This document shows, one piece after another, positions 16,204 to 27,245 of a stretch of 64,000 nucleotides of DNA. The position numbers and the translations under genes were made by a program. The stretch comes from a virus: the IMG/VR virus record IMGVR_UViG_3300043436_001797, positions 1 through 64,000 of that record. The stretch is one strand, 5' to 3'. Every line of letters starts with the position of its first letter. Position 1 is the first letter of the stretch. Below the pieces are notes generated by a model. It did no database searches and had not been told where the DNA came from. It saw nothing but the letters and a program-made list of their open reading frames with translations.

Positions 16204-16718
16204 TTGTAAAGTTATTTGACATACAGAACGGAATAGTTATACCAACAGAACATTGCTATACTCTTACGACCTTAAAGAAAATAATGGATAATCACCCAGA
16301 TGATTACCTTAAGATTTATCAGTATATATTTTATATGACATGTCCAAACCCAGATACAAATCCGTTTTTTAATTTATCTGAGGTAGACAAAGAAGAGATA
16401 ATCCTAGCTGAAATAGATGCTGAGTTTTCTACCGATGATGCAGATATAATAGGAGCAATTAAGTTCTGCTCTGATATGTATGAGACACCTACGTCTAGAG
16501 CATACAAAGGGATCAAGCAAATGCTTGATAAACTAGCTACTTACATGGAAAAAACTGAAATAACACACGGTAGAGATGGCAATATCAATTCACTCGTCAG
16601 CGCAGCAGCAAAATTCCAGCAAATCCGCGAGAGCTACAAAGGTGCTTACAAAGACCTCCAGGATGAACAAAAAAGTCAAGTTAGAGGAGGACAAGGTCTT
16701 GCATACGACCAGTTATAA
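16200..16718 (+). CDS. Helical protein upstream of the terminase (terminase small subunit candidate)
   Basis: Position and helical C-terminus ending VRGGQGLAYD; function inferred only. Confidence 0.45.
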   Translation: MIVKLFDIQNGIVIPTEHCYTLTTLKKIMDNHPDDYLKIYQYIFYMTCPNPDTNPFFNLSEVDKEEIILAEIDAEFSTDDADIIGAIKFCSDMYETPTSRAYKGIKQMLDKLATYMEKTEITHGRDGNINSLVSAAAKFQQIRESYKGAYKDLQDEQKSQVRGGQGLAYDQL

Positions 16719-17115
16719 AGGTAAGTTTTTTGTAATCGATGTAGAACTGTATAACTGCCAGTTTCTGGTTAGTATAAATCAGGATAACGAAGATCTTGTT
16801 ATATCTCTTATTGAAGCCCGTGTTTTATATTCTGCAGAAGATCCTGAGTTAAAAGACTACATGGAGCACTTTATAGGAATGGAAAAAAACCACCTTGCTA
16901 GAACAGTAAAACATGATAATGGAGTAATTAGCATTAAGATAAATAAGTTTGATAAGAATGACGTTAATAATATGGCGACATTGGTTCACGAGTTATCACA
17001 TGCTGTAATGTTTACCTTTGATAGAATAGGTATGCCGCATAATACAGATACTGATGAAGCGTATAGTTATTTGCTAGGATTTTTAATGAAGAAGTTTTTT
17101 GAGAACGTAGGATAA
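16699..17115 (+). CDS. HExxH zinc metallopeptidase-like protein
   Basis: LVHELSHA..DEAYSYL. TTG start at 16699 chosen to minimise overlap. Confidence 0.65.
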   Translation: MHTTSYKGKFFVIDVELYNCQFLVSINQDNEDLVISLIEARVLYSAEDPELKDYMEHFIGMEKNHLARTVKHDNGVISIKINKFDKNDVNNMATLVHELSHAVMFTFDRIGMPHNTDTDEAYSYLLGFLMKKFFENVG

Positions 17116-17131
17116 CCTCTATCTTTATAGT

Positions 17132-17794
17132 ATGGCTAAGACAAACATCGAAAAGACACCTCCAAAAGGAGAGATCAAGTTCTCAATTACTCTTTCAGAA
17201 GAACAGAAAAAAGCTAAAGAACTGATTATCAGTACACCTTATAATTTTCTTATTGGATATGCTGGTAGTGGTAAGACTTTAGTTGCTGTACAGATAGCCC
17301 TAGATCTTTACTTTAAGAGAAGAGTAAATAAGATTATTATAACCAGACCTACAGTTTCTACTGAGGATAATGGGTTTCTTCCTGGTTCTGAGAAGGAAAA
17401 GATGGAACCATGGTTAGTTCCGATTAAGTCTAATATGAGAAAAGTCTATGACAAACCTGATATCCTAAACAAGATGGAAGAGGAAGGTCAAATAGAACTT
17501 GTGTCCCTTAGTCACTTTAGAGGTAGAACCTTTGAGAACGCTGTGTGTATAATAGATGAGTTTCAGAATCTAACTAAAGCACAATTACAAATGTGCGTAG
17601 GTAGATTAGGTAAGGGTTCTATCATGATATTTACAGGTGATTTACAGCAGATTGACCTTAAGATAAAAAGTGATTCTGCTATTCATGATATTCCTAAAAT
17701 TGAAAAATCAGCATTTGTAAATAAGATAGTTCTTACAGAGAATCATAGACATGAAGCTCTAAATGAAATACTCAAACTATTAAATGAGTACTGA
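17132..17794 (+). CDS. phoH: PhoH-family ATPase
   Basis: GYAGSGKT, ITRP, GFLPG..EKM, RGRTF, IIDEFQN, GDLQQID. Confidence 0.92.
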   Translation: MAKTNIEKTPPKGEIKFSITLSEEQKKAKELIISTPYNFLIGYAGSGKTLVAVQIALDLYFKRRVNKIIITRPTVSTEDNGFLPGSEKEKMEPWLVPIKSNMRKVYDKPDILNKMEEEGQIELVSLSHFRGRTFENAVCIIDEFQNLTKAQLQMCVGRLGKGSIMIFTGDLQQIDLKIKSDSAIHDIPKIEKSAFVNKIVLTENHRHEALNEILKLLNEY

Positions 17795-20000
17795 AATCTA
17801 CGAACATATACCCACTTACAGCAATGGAGAATGGAGCTACACAGATTTTGAAAGTAGAAAAGATTTCTATGAATTCTGCTTCTCAATCTTTAAAGAACCT
17901 GGGCAATATGAATTTGATGAAGTATCTCAACTGTTTAACGAACAAGCACGTCTGTTTAATAAAAACGGAATTTATTGCACAGCACCATCTGGAACTAAAG
18001 ACTTTATAAAATACTGGGATACTGAAAAAGAAAAGTGTAGAAAGGGTGTGATATATAAATCAGGTACCAAATCTTGGTATATCACCCGTGACTACTACAT
18101 GTGGTTGAACTTTCTTCCTATCTTCAATAAAGAAACACAGAAGTACGGATTTGCTGATGTACGTGATGCACAGTATCACATGGCTCTTTATGAGATACTT
18201 GCAGAACTAGATTATAAGCACTGTGCTATTCTAAAGAAACGTCAGATTGCTAGCTCTTATTTCCATTGTGGCAAACTCATAAATCAAATATGGTTTGAGG
18301 AAGGGGTTACCCTAAAGATGGGAGCTAGTCTCAAGGATTATATCAATGAGAAAGGTAGCTGGAAGTTTTTAAATGAATATGAATCATTCTTAAATAAACA
18401 TACAGCTTGGTATAGACCTATGAACCCCAACAAAACAATGTTCTGGCAACAGAAGATTGAGATATCAAACTTTGTTGGTGGACAGAAGAGAAAGACTGAG
18501 ATAGGTCTAAAGGGTGTAATCCAAGCAATGTCTTTTGAGAAAAGCCCTACTACGGGTGTCGGTGGTCCTACTAAATACTTCTTTCACGAAGAAGCTGGTA
18601 TTGCACCAAAGATGAATCAGACCTACGAATACTTACGACCTGCACTTAGATCTGGTATGATTACCACAGGTACATTTATAGCAGCAGGTTCTGTCGGTGA
18701 CTTGAGTCAGTGTGACCCGCTTAAAAAGCTGATCCTACACCCGGAAGCGAATGATATATATGCTGTCTTTTCTGATCTTATAGATAATAAAGGAACAATA
18801 GGAACAACAGGTTTATTTATACCTGAACAGTGGTCTATGCCACCATATGTAGATAAGTATGGTAATTCACAGGTTCCTGAAGCACTTAAAGCGCTTGACG
18901 ATTTATTTGCTAAATGGAAGAAAGAACTGGATCCTCAGGAATACCAACTCCGTATATCTCAGCACCCTAGAAATGTAAAAGAGGCATTTGACTTTAGAAC
19001 CTTGTCTCTATTTCCTGCACATTTGGTCACAGGTCAAATGCATAGAATAGATGATAAAGAATATCCCTATGAGTTTCTAGATATTTACAGAAACATACAA
19101 GGTGGTGTTGAGGTGCAGACTACTAATAAGATGCCTATCATGGAGTTCCCGGTTACTAAAAATACCGAGGATAAAACAGGTACACTAGTAGTATGGGAAA
19201 GACCTGTAAAGGATCCCGAGTTTGGTATGTACTACGCTTCTATTGACCCCGTGTCAGAAGGTAAGACAACTACCTCAGAATCACTGTGTTCCATTTATAT
19301 TTATAAAACTCCTGTAGAAGTAACTAAAAATAATGGTTCCGAGATACAGACATATATCGAAAGAGACAAGATTGTAGCTGCTTGGTGTGGTCGTTTTGAC
19401 GATATTAAAAAGACTCATGAGAGACTTGAATTAATTATAGAGTGGTATAACGCGTGGACAATAGTGGAAAATAACATCCCGCAGTTTATTACTTATATGA
19501 TTGATAGGAAAAAGCAGCGTTATCTGGTACCCAGAAGTCAGATATTATTCTTAAAAGATATTGGTGCAAACGCTAACGTTTATCAAGAATATGGGTGGAG
19601 AAATACAGGCACTCTATTTAAGAGTCACATGATTAGCTACGCTATTGATTTTTTAACTGAGGAACTAGATCAAGAAGTTACATCAGAAGGTAAAGTTGTA
19701 AAGACTACTTACGGTATAGAAAGGATACCAGACCCTATGCTTTTAAAAGAAATGATGGAGTATAGGGATGGAGTAAACGTCGATAGATTAGTATCATTTG
19801 CTGCATTAATAGCTTTTGCTAAAGTCCAACAAGCAAACAGAGGATATAAAAAGAGATACGAGGAGACGGAGAATGTAAAAAAGTTGGATAATAATGATAA
19901 ATTCAGTAAATTAATTAGGAGCCCGTTTCGTCATATTGGCGGATCTGGTAATACTTTTGGCATGAGGGTTCCTAAACAACCGTTCAGAAATTTAAGATAA
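17784..20000 (+). CDS. terL: Terminase large subunit
   Basis: LKKRQIASS (Walker A variant), FFHEEAG (Walker B), nuclease motifs ASIDP and NVDRLVS; lies before the portal. Confidence 0.88.
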   Translation: MSTEIYEHIPTYSNGEWSYTDFESRKDFYEFCFSIFKEPGQYEFDEVSQLFNEQARLFNKNGIYCTAPSGTKDFIKYWDTEKEKCRKGVIYKSGTKSWYITRDYYMWLNFLPIFNKETQKYGFADVRDAQYHMALYEILAELDYKHCAILKKRQIASSYFHCGKLINQIWFEEGVTLKMGASLKDYINEKGSWKFLNEYESFLNKHTAWYRPMNPNKTMFWQQKIEISNFVGGQKRKTEIGLKGVIQAMSFEKSPTTGVGGPTKYFFHEEAGIAPKMNQTYEYLRPALRSGMITTGTFIAAGSVGDLSQCDPLKKLILHPEANDIYAVFSDLIDNKGTIGTTGLFIPEQWSMPPYVDKYGNSQVPEALKALDDLFAKWKKELDPQEYQLRISQHPRNVKEAFDFRTLSLFPAHLVTGQMHRIDDKEYPYEFLDIYRNIQGGVEVQTTNKMPIMEFPVTKNTEDKTGTLVVWERPVKDPEFGMYYASIDPVSEGKTTTSESLCSIYIYKTPVEVTKNNGSEIQTYIERDKIVAAWCGRFDDIKKTHERLELIIEWYNAWTIVENNIPQFITYMIDRKKQRYLVPRSQILFLKDIGANANVYQEYGWRNTGTLFKSHMISYAIDFLTEELDQEVTSEGKVVKTTYGIERIPDPMLLKEMMEYRDGVNVDRLVSFAALIAFAKVQQANRGYKKRYEETENVKKLDNNDKFSKLIRSPFRHIGGSGNTFGMRVPKQPFRNLR

Positions 20001-20001
20001 T

Positions 20002-22764
20002 ATGCAAGTATATAACGCCCTACAAGTTAAAGCAGGTGCTAAGACAGAGTACAACAAAATGGGTACTCTCAATCAGCCTATACAATTTTTACCTAGATCT
20101 AAAAAAGATGAAGATTGGGCAGCATGGTGTCTAGATTGGTTGGAGTGGCAAGGATTAAAGATGGTGCGCAGAAATGCACGTCGTCTTATGAAGAACTACA
20201 AACTTGCAAAAGGACTTATTGATAGAACTGACTATGTAATTGAAGAGGATAACGAGTACGCAGATTTAATTGATACTCTAACTAAAGAGGATGCATCTGC
20301 ACTAGAATTAAAATTCTATCCTATTATCCCCAATGTAATTAATACCCTTACTGCTGAATTTTCTAAAAGAGTTACTAGAGTAACTTATGGTGCTGTAGAT
20401 GAATACTCCTACAATGAAATGTTGGAGCAAAAGAAAGCAGAAGTAGAACAGTTATTGGTTAGCGATGCTAAGCGTAAAATAACTGAAAGAATGCTGATGA
20501 TGGGTGCAGATCCAGAGAGTCCTGAGTTTAAAGAACAAACATCTCCAGAAGCATTAAGAAGTTTACCTGAAATTGAAGCATTCTATCAGAAGGATTACCG
20601 CTCAATGATTGAACAGTGGGCGGAACATCAGCACCGTGTAGATAATGAGCGTTTTCATATAGATGAATTAGAAGAGCGTGGTTTCCGTGATCTTCTCATT
20701 GCAGACAGAGAATTCTGGCACTTTAAGATGATGGAGGATGACTATGATGTAGAGTTGTGGAATCCAGTACTTACATTCTATCAAAAAGCTCCTGAGACTA
20801 GATATATTTCTGACGGTAACTGGGTTGGTAAGTATGATATGATGACTGTTGCTGATGTCATTGACAAGTATGGTTGGTTGATGACAGATAAGCAAATGGA
20901 AGCAATAGAACTTATCTACCCGGTAAGATCTGCCGGTTATCCTATTCAGGGTTATCAGAATGATGGTGCTTATTACGATGGTACAAAGTCACATGAGTGG
21001 AATACTAACATGCCATCACTTGGTTACAGACAGTTTACTTCTATGTGGGATAGTGCTGTCTATGGCGGTGATATTGTAAACTGGATCATGATGGAGAACG
21101 AAGACTACCTAGACATGGGTATGTCTAACCTTCTTCGTGTTACTACAGTATATTGGAAGTCGCAAAGACGTGTAGGACATCTTACTAAGATTACATTATC
21201 CGGTGATGTCATTACAGAGATTGTTGATGAAGATTATAAAGTTACAGATAAACCTGAGTACAACACTTCACTTATAAAGAATAAAACCAAACACACTCTT
21301 GTATTTGGTGAGCATATAGACTGGATCTGGATTAACCAGGTTTGGGGTGGTGTAAAGATTGGTCCGAACAGACCTACATTCTGGGGTACAAATAACCCTG
21401 GTGGTATTACCCCTATTTATTTAGGTATAAATCAGAATCACATTGGACCACTTAAGTTCCAATTTAAAGGTGATAATTCACTCTATGGATGTAAACTTCC
21501 TGTAGAAGGTTCAGTATTCTCTGATAGAAATACTTACTCAAGGTCTCTTGTTGACCTTATGAAACCTTTCCAGATTGCTTACAACATTGTAAATAATCAG
21601 ATTGCTGATATCCTAGTAGATGAATTAGGTACAGTGATTATGCTTGACCAGAACTCTTTACCAAGACACTCACTGGGAGAAGATTGGGGAAAGGGTAACT
21701 TTGCTAAAGCATATGTAGCAATGAAGAACTTCCAGATGTTACCTCTGGATACGTCTATTACTAATACTGAGAATGCTCTAAACTTTAACCATTTCCAGAA
21801 ACTGGATATGTCACAGACTGAGCGTCTGATGTCTAGGATTCAATTAGCTCAGTACTTTAAACAGCAAGCATTTGAGGTAATTGGTATTACCCCGCAGCGC
21901 TTAGGTCAAGAGATATCAAGACAAACTGCTACCGGTATAGAGCAATCTATCAACGCTAGTTATGCACAGACTGAATCTTACTTTATTCAGCACTGTGACT
22001 ACTTGATGCCTAGAGTACACCAGATGCGTACAGACTTGTCTCAGTACTACCATTCTACAAAACCTTCAGCAAGACTGAATTATATAACTTCTCTTGATGA
22101 GAGAAAAAACTTTGAGATAAATGGTACTGATTTCTTGCTCCGCGATATTAATGTGTTTGCTACTACTAAAGCCAACCAGAGAGCTATTCTTGAACAGCTT
22201 AAGCAGCTTGCTCTTAACAATAATACTGCTGGTGCTAGTATCTATGATCTGGGTAATATTCTTAAGTCTGATTCTATTTCTGAAGTTACGCACATTCTCA
22301 AACAAACGGAGAAGAAAGCAGACCAAGTAAGACAACAGGATATGCAGCAACAGCAACAGATGCAGGAACAAATGATTCAAGCTAAGCAGCAAGAAGAGCA
22401 GCTTAAGAGACAGTTTGAAGCATCTGAGAAAGATAAAGACAGACAAGCTGAAATTATAGTAGCTCAAATAAGATCTGCAGGATACGGAGCTATGATGGAT
22501 ATTAATGAGAATAAGCAGTCTGACTACATGGATGCAATGGATCAAATTCAGAAGTCTGAAAACTACCAGAACACTATGGATCTTAATCGTGAGAAGGAAG
22601 CTAACAAGATGATGCAGTCTAGAGAGAAGTTGAATATTGAAAGAGAGAAAATAAATGCTCAGAGAGAAATAGCAAATACTCAGTTACGGATAGCTCAAGA
22701 GAATAAAAACAGGTTTGATGCACCCAACAAAACTGAACAAAAGGACAAAAAGAAGAAGAACTAG
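20002..22764 (+). CDS. Portal protein
   Basis: 920 aa following TerL; YPIIPNVINTL..E, GITPQRLG and a Gln-rich C-terminal coiled coil. Confidence 0.85.
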   Translation: MQVYNALQVKAGAKTEYNKMGTLNQPIQFLPRSKKDEDWAAWCLDWLEWQGLKMVRRNARRLMKNYKLAKGLIDRTDYVIEEDNEYADLIDTLTKEDASALELKFYPIIPNVINTLTAEFSKRVTRVTYGAVDEYSYNEMLEQKKAEVEQLLVSDAKRKITERMLMMGADPESPEFKEQTSPEALRSLPEIEAFYQKDYRSMIEQWAEHQHRVDNERFHIDELEERGFRDLLIADREFWHFKMMEDDYDVELWNPVLTFYQKAPETRYISDGNWVGKYDMMTVADVIDKYGWLMTDKQMEAIELIYPVRSAGYPIQGYQNDGAYYDGTKSHEWNTNMPSLGYRQFTSMWDSAVYGGDIVNWIMMENEDYLDMGMSNLLRVTTVYWKSQRRVGHLTKITLSGDVITEIVDEDYKVTDKPEYNTSLIKNKTKHTLVFGEHIDWIWINQVWGGVKIGPNRPTFWGTNNPGGITPIYLGINQNHIGPLKFQFKGDNSLYGCKLPVEGSVFSDRNTYSRSLVDLMKPFQIAYNIVNNQIADILVDELGTVIMLDQNSLPRHSLGEDWGKGNFAKAYVAMKNFQMLPLDTSITNTENALNFNHFQKLDMSQTERLMSRIQLAQYFKQQAFEVIGITPQRLGQEISRQTATGIEQSINASYAQTESYFIQHCDYLMPRVHQMRTDLSQYYHSTKPSARLNYITSLDERKNFEINGTDFLLRDINVFATTKANQRAILEQLKQLALNNNTAGASIYDLGNILKSDSISEVTHILKQTEKKADQVRQQDMQQQQQMQEQMIQAKQQEEQLKRQFEASEKDKDRQAEIIVAQIRSAGYGAMMDINENKQSDYMDAMDQIQKSENYQNTMDLNREKEANKMMQSREKLNIEREKINAQREIANTQLRIAQENKNRFDAPNKTEQKDKKKKN

Positions 22765-22869
22765 CTATATTCTCCGTTTTATTTACATAAAGCAAAAAAT
22801 TTTTAAAGTTTAGGTGTATATATTTGTCTATATTATTAGTGTGCATTTTAATTAAACCAACAAAAAAAC

Positions 22870-24093
22870 ATGAGTAAAACAGAAGATAATACCGTTGTTG
22901 AGCAGGTCGATATCGACTTGGACAACATACTTGGTATGCCCGGAGCTGAAAGCATAATGCTTCCTGAAGAAAAGAAACCTAATGTATTTTCTGCAGGTAA
23001 ACCCGATCTTTCTTTTATGGAAAAATCAGAAGACAAAGATGATTCTGGTGAAAGTAAAGAAGAGGGTGCTGAAAAGTTTACAGATGTACTCAAAGATTTA
23101 GATCCTGAAGATGCTTCTTTAGGAAAGCAATTTGACGAAGAGGATACCAAAAAAGCTCCTGGACGTGCAAAAATTGCTAAAGATGGTACAGTAGAGTTAG
23201 TAAAGAAGTTAATTGACGCGGGTCAATTAATTCCTTTTGATGACGAAAAGTCTATCGAAGACTACTCTATAAATGATTTTGAAGAACTGCTTCAAGCAAA
23301 TTTTGAAGAAAGAGAAAACAAAATTCGTCAAAGTACGCCAGCAGAGTTTTTTGAATCTCTTCCTGAAGAGCTCCAGGTAGCTGCTAAATATGTAGCTGAC
23401 GGAGGTCAAGATCTAAAAGGATTGTTCAGAGTTCTTTCTCATGTAGAAGAAACATTTGAGCTGAATCCTGCGGAACCTAATCACCAAGAAAGAATTGTAA
23501 GAGAGTATCTTACAGCTACAAACTTTGGTACCGCTGAAGAAATCGAAGAAGAAATCGACAGTTGGAAAGATAGAGATGAACTAGAAGCTAAAGCTAATAA
23601 GTTCAAACCAAAGTTGGATGCTATGCAAGCTAAAGTGGTTCAACAAAAGCTTGCACAACAAGAGCAAATGAAAAGACAACAAGCTGCACAAGCACAAGCT
23701 TATATGCAGAATGTATATAATACAATTGCTCCTGGTGAACTTAATGGTTTGAAACTAGATCGCAAAACACAAGAAATGTTATATGGCGGTTTGGTTCAAC
23801 CATCTTATCCTAGTATTAGTGGCAGACCTACTAATTTGCTGGGACACCTTCTAGAGAAATATCAATATGTAGAACCAAATCATGCTCTTATTGCAGAAGC
23901 TCTTTGGTTACTAGCTGATCCTCAGTCTTATAAAACTAAGATTATGGATCAAGCTCAGAAAGTGCAGGTTGAAAAAACAGCACGTATGCTAAAGACAGAA
24001 GAAGCAAGAAGAAGTACAGGTTCACCTATTGTAGAGAAAGAAGAAGTGAAGCAAAGAACGATTAAACGTAATAATAACTTTTTTAAACGCTAA
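22870..24093 (+). CDS. Acidic scaffold-like protein
   Basis: Acidic helical protein between portal and capsid genes. Confidence 0.55.
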   Translation: MSKTEDNTVVEQVDIDLDNILGMPGAESIMLPEEKKPNVFSAGKPDLSFMEKSEDKDDSGESKEEGAEKFTDVLKDLDPEDASLGKQFDEEDTKKAPGRAKIAKDGTVELVKKLIDAGQLIPFDDEKSIEDYSINDFEELLQANFEERENKIRQSTPAEFFESLPEELQVAAKYVADGGQDLKGLFRVLSHVEETFELNPAEPNHQERIVREYLTATNFGTAEEIEEEIDSWKDRDELEAKANKFKPKLDAMQAKVVQQKLAQQEQMKRQQAAQAQAYMQNVYNTIAPGELNGLKLDRKTQEMLYGGLVQPSYPSISGRPTNLLGHLLEKYQYVEPNHALIAEALWLLADPQSYKTKIMDQAQKVQVEKTARMLKTEEARRSTGSPIVEKEEVKQRTIKRNNNFFKR

Positions 24094-24122
24094 TTAATTA
24101 ACCTTTTATAATTTAAGTTAAA

Positions 24123-25751
24123 ATGGCAACTCCAGTTTTAAATAATGGTATATTTCTACGAGATACCAACTACGCAGCTAGTTCACACGTAGATTCATAC
24201 CACTTAGTTAACATGTTAAAGAATGCAGAACCAATGGACATGGGTCCAGTGGATCTGTGGGCAATGGCACAAAAAGTCGAAATGCCTCTTTACCAAATGT
24301 CTAGCTTTGGTGGTAAGAATGTGATCATGGTTGACAACGCAAGAGGTGAGTACAAGTGGCAGACTCCAGTTGTACAAGATCTTCCTTACGTTATTGAAGA
24401 TATTGAACCAAGCAATACTGTTAAAGGTATTGATGGCAGTACCTTTAAAATTAAACTTTCACGTCGTGAGTTCGGTCATGGTGATATTATCACTTATGAC
24501 AAGTACAACGGTGTGGAAATGTACATTGTTCCTGATCAGGATATTCTTCCAATGGGTGATGGTTTTATTTACACAGTACAACTTGTAAATAACGACAACA
24601 CTAAGTTCTTGGAAAACAAGTATCTTGCATCTGGTACTAAAGTATTCCGCAAAGGTTCTGCTCGTGGTGAGTACGGAGAGCGTTTCTCTGATATTCAAAT
24701 CCAGTCAGGTTTCCGCGAATTCTACAACTTTGTAGGTGGTGCTGAAGCTCACGTACACTACTCTATTTCATCTCGCGCTGATCTTATGATCAAAGGTGGT
24801 ATGAATGCAGATGGTACTGTACCTGTAACTGAAATCTGGAGAAACTTCGACCAGAACATGGATCCTTCTATCACTAACCTTGAGAACATGGTTAGCCGTA
24901 TGGGTAAGGAGTATGTTAAAAAGGCGATGTCAAACGGTAACCTTTCTCGTACTTTCTTGACTACAATGGAAGCTGCTCACTTGACTAAAGTAGCAAGCGA
25001 CATTGAAACCTACTTGATGTGGGGACAAGGTGGTAGAGTTCGTCAAGACGGTCCAGATGATGTAAGATTGTCTGTGGGTCTTTGGAGACAGCTTGACAAC
25101 TCATTCAAGCGTGTATACAACAAGTCAGGTTTCAACCTTGATTTGTTCCGCTCTGAAATCTACAACTTCTATGCTGGTAAGGTTGAATTTAAGGGTCCAG
25201 ATCCTAAGCGTCAACTGATCGTACAAACCGGTATGGGTGGTATGAGAATGGTTAACGAAGCTATCAAGAAAGAGGCAGTTAACTCAGGTTTGGTTATCCA
25301 AGCTGCTGATAACGCTGGTATCGGTGCTATCACTGGTAAGGGTATGGATCTCGGATTTGGTTTTGCATACACTTCTTACGTTATCCCATTCTTGGCAAAC
25401 GTGAAGTTTGTATTGAACCCTGCTTTCGATAACATCCACACTAATGACATTGAAAACCCAATCATTGACGGTTTCCCATTGTCTTCTTACAACTTCATCA
25501 TCTTCGATATCACTGACAACACTAACGACAATATCTTCTTGTTGAAGTTGTCTTGGGATAACCAATTGAAGTGGTGGTACCAAAACGGTACAATGGACTA
25601 CATGGGTCGTACCCAAGGATTCCAGTCTTCTGGACAGTTCAATGGATACCGTGTATATATGACACAAACAATGCCTGCAATTTGGGTAAAAGACCCAACC
25701 AAGGTGTTGAAGATCGTTATGAGAAACCCTGTAACCGGCGGATCATTCTAA
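24123..25751 (+). CDS. Major capsid protein
   Basis: 542 aa in canonical position with strongly biased codons (AAC/TTC/GGT), followed by a terminator. Confidence 0.8.
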   Translation: MATPVLNNGIFLRDTNYAASSHVDSYHLVNMLKNAEPMDMGPVDLWAMAQKVEMPLYQMSSFGGKNVIMVDNARGEYKWQTPVVQDLPYVIEDIEPSNTVKGIDGSTFKIKLSRREFGHGDIITYDKYNGVEMYIVPDQDILPMGDGFIYTVQLVNNDNTKFLENKYLASGTKVFRKGSARGEYGERFSDIQIQSGFREFYNFVGGAEAHVHYSISSRADLMIKGGMNADGTVPVTEIWRNFDQNMDPSITNLENMVSRMGKEYVKKAMSNGNLSRTFLTTMEAAHLTKVASDIETYLMWGQGGRVRQDGPDDVRLSVGLWRQLDNSFKRVYNKSGFNLDLFRSEIYNFYAGKVEFKGPDPKRQLIVQTGMGGMRMVNEAIKKEAVNSGLVIQAADNAGIGAITGKGMDLGFGFAYTSYVIPFLANVKFVLNPAFDNIHTNDIENPIIDGFPLSSYNFIIFDITDNTNDNIFLLKLSWDNQLKWWYQNGTMDYMGRTQGFQSSGQFNGYRVYMTQTMPAIWVKDPTKVLKIVMRNPVTGGSF

Positions 25752-25764
25752 TGATTTTAACTAT

Positions 25765-25794
25765 AAAAGGGGGAGGGAAACCTCCCCTCTTTTA
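25765..25794 (+). terminator. Intrinsic terminator after the capsid gene
   Basis: AAAAGGGGGAGG-GAAA-CCTCCCCTCTTTT. Confidence 0.8.
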
Positions 25795-25823
25795 TATTTG
25801 TAAACCTTTTAATTTTTAAAACA

Positions 25824-26039
25824 ATGAACGAGTATAAAAATCCAATTAAAAAAATGTGGCAGCAAGCTAACCAACCCATTGTGGATGGTAACAATGTACA
25901 GCTTGCACACACAGTAGGTACAGCAGCACCTACTACAACTCCTGCTAAAGTAGGTTTGTTGTTTATTGACACTACTAACGCTGCAGTATATATTTCTACA
26001 GGAACTACTGATTCTGGTGACTGGACAGCTTTAACATAA
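25824..26039 (+). CDS. Small virion protein (head fibre/decoration-like)
   Basis: APTTTPAKVGLLFIDTTNAAVYISTG..DW resembles fibre beta-motifs; shares a leader motif with the capsid genes. Confidence 0.55.
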   Translation: MNEYKNPIKKMWQQANQPIVDGNNVQLAHTVGTAAPTTTPAKVGLLFIDTTNAAVYISTGTTDSGDWTALT

Positions 26040-26061
26040 TAACTTTTATAAACCAACAAAA

Positions 26062-27081
26062 ATGAGTGATACTTTTACAATTGTGCAAACTCCAGGTATT
26101 AAATCTGGACCTATTGCAATCCGTCCATTCTTTAATCAAAATGTCTCTAACATGGGACTTGAAAAGTATGGATTATCTTTATTTGAGGGAGTTTTTCATG
26201 AAGAACAACTTGCATGTATTGAGCAGAACGGTGTGAAGCGATACATTACAGGTCTGAATGAATTTGCTCCTGAAGTTAAAATGATTAGAGACGAAGATCA
26301 GAAGAAAGCTAAAATTAATGAGATTCGTGCTGCTGTATCTGAACTAGAAAAAGAGATGGCAGCAAATCCGATTGAAGTGTCTGATCCACATTTCTGGAGC
26401 AAAGTAAAATTATTACGCCCTGAGAATGATGATTTCTGGACCAAGATTACATTGAGGTGTGGAAACACCCCAATGTTTCTTGATCCGGTAAAAGATCCTT
26501 TTGATAGAATTAGACTTTATGCTATTGAAGCAGGTGGGTTTAGCATCGTCGCAAAGAGCTATGAGGAGGCTAAAAACAAACCTACTCCAGTTAAATTTTA
26601 TTTAGATAAATACGAAGAAACCGCTGGAACTAAAACTGAAGTTAAAAAACTTCGTAACAAAGCTCTTGCTGAGCTTCAGAAGTTGTTTGATAAGAATCCA
26701 GTTAAGATGATGTACGTAGCAAAGATTGTAGACATTAATAGTGTTCAGTATAAGAAGTCTACACCAAATGATGTTATCTACGATAATATGGATATTTATA
26801 TCAATGGTGAAGGTTCTGAGACGAGTCCTACAAGAGCGGCTCAAACTTTCTTAGATACCGTAAACCTTGATATGGAAACACTAAAACTAAAGTCAGTTAT
26901 TAGAGATGCTAACTACTTAAGGTATATTGTTACCAAACCGGATGGATTTATTTACCATGCTTCGTCATCAACAATGCTTGGTAGAAATCCATCAGATGTT
27001 TTAGAATATCTGAAGAATCCTTTGAATGAAGAGATCCTGAAAGATCTATTAAAGTCAACCGAAAAATACTGGAATCAATAA
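26062..27081 (+). CDS. Protein downstream of the capsid gene (339 aa)
   Basis: Long ORF in the conserved post-capsid position; function unknown. Confidence 0.7.
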   Translation: MSDTFTIVQTPGIKSGPIAIRPFFNQNVSNMGLEKYGLSLFEGVFHEEQLACIEQNGVKRYITGLNEFAPEVKMIRDEDQKKAKINEIRAAVSELEKEMAANPIEVSDPHFWSKVKLLRPENDDFWTKITLRCGNTPMFLDPVKDPFDRIRLYAIEAGGFSIVAKSYEEAKNKPTPVKFYLDKYEETAGTKTEVKKLRNKALAELQKLFDKNPVKMMYVAKIVDINSVQYKKSTPNDVIYDNMDIYINGEGSETSPTRAAQTFLDTVNLDMETLKLKSVIRDANYLRYIVTKPDGFIYHASSSTMLGRNPSDVLEYLKNPLNEEILKDLLKSTEKYWNQ

Positions 27082-27245
27082 TGGGAAACATGCTATATCA
27101 AGCTTCTGACAATATGAGTACTGTCAAAGGCGATAAGACTGCTAAGTACAGCAATGCTGCTACAAATCTTTCTTTAACAAATTCTCCAGACCTAACCAAA
27201 TCTTTACTAAATTATAGTAAAGCAAGTAATTATGGCGGCAAGTAA
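27081..27245 (+). CDS. 54-aa protein ending NYGGK (not in the ORF track)
   Basis: Manually translated MGNMLYQ...SNYGGK; TAATG coupling. Confidence 0.6.
   Translation: MGNMLYQASDNMSTVKGDKTAKYSNAATNLSLTNSPDLTKSLLNYSKASNYGGK

Noticed and set aside
17784-25751. Introns or inteins in terminase, portal or capsid genes
   Set aside because: The ORFs are continuous and of ordinary length, with no splice or homing-endonuclease motifs noticed.
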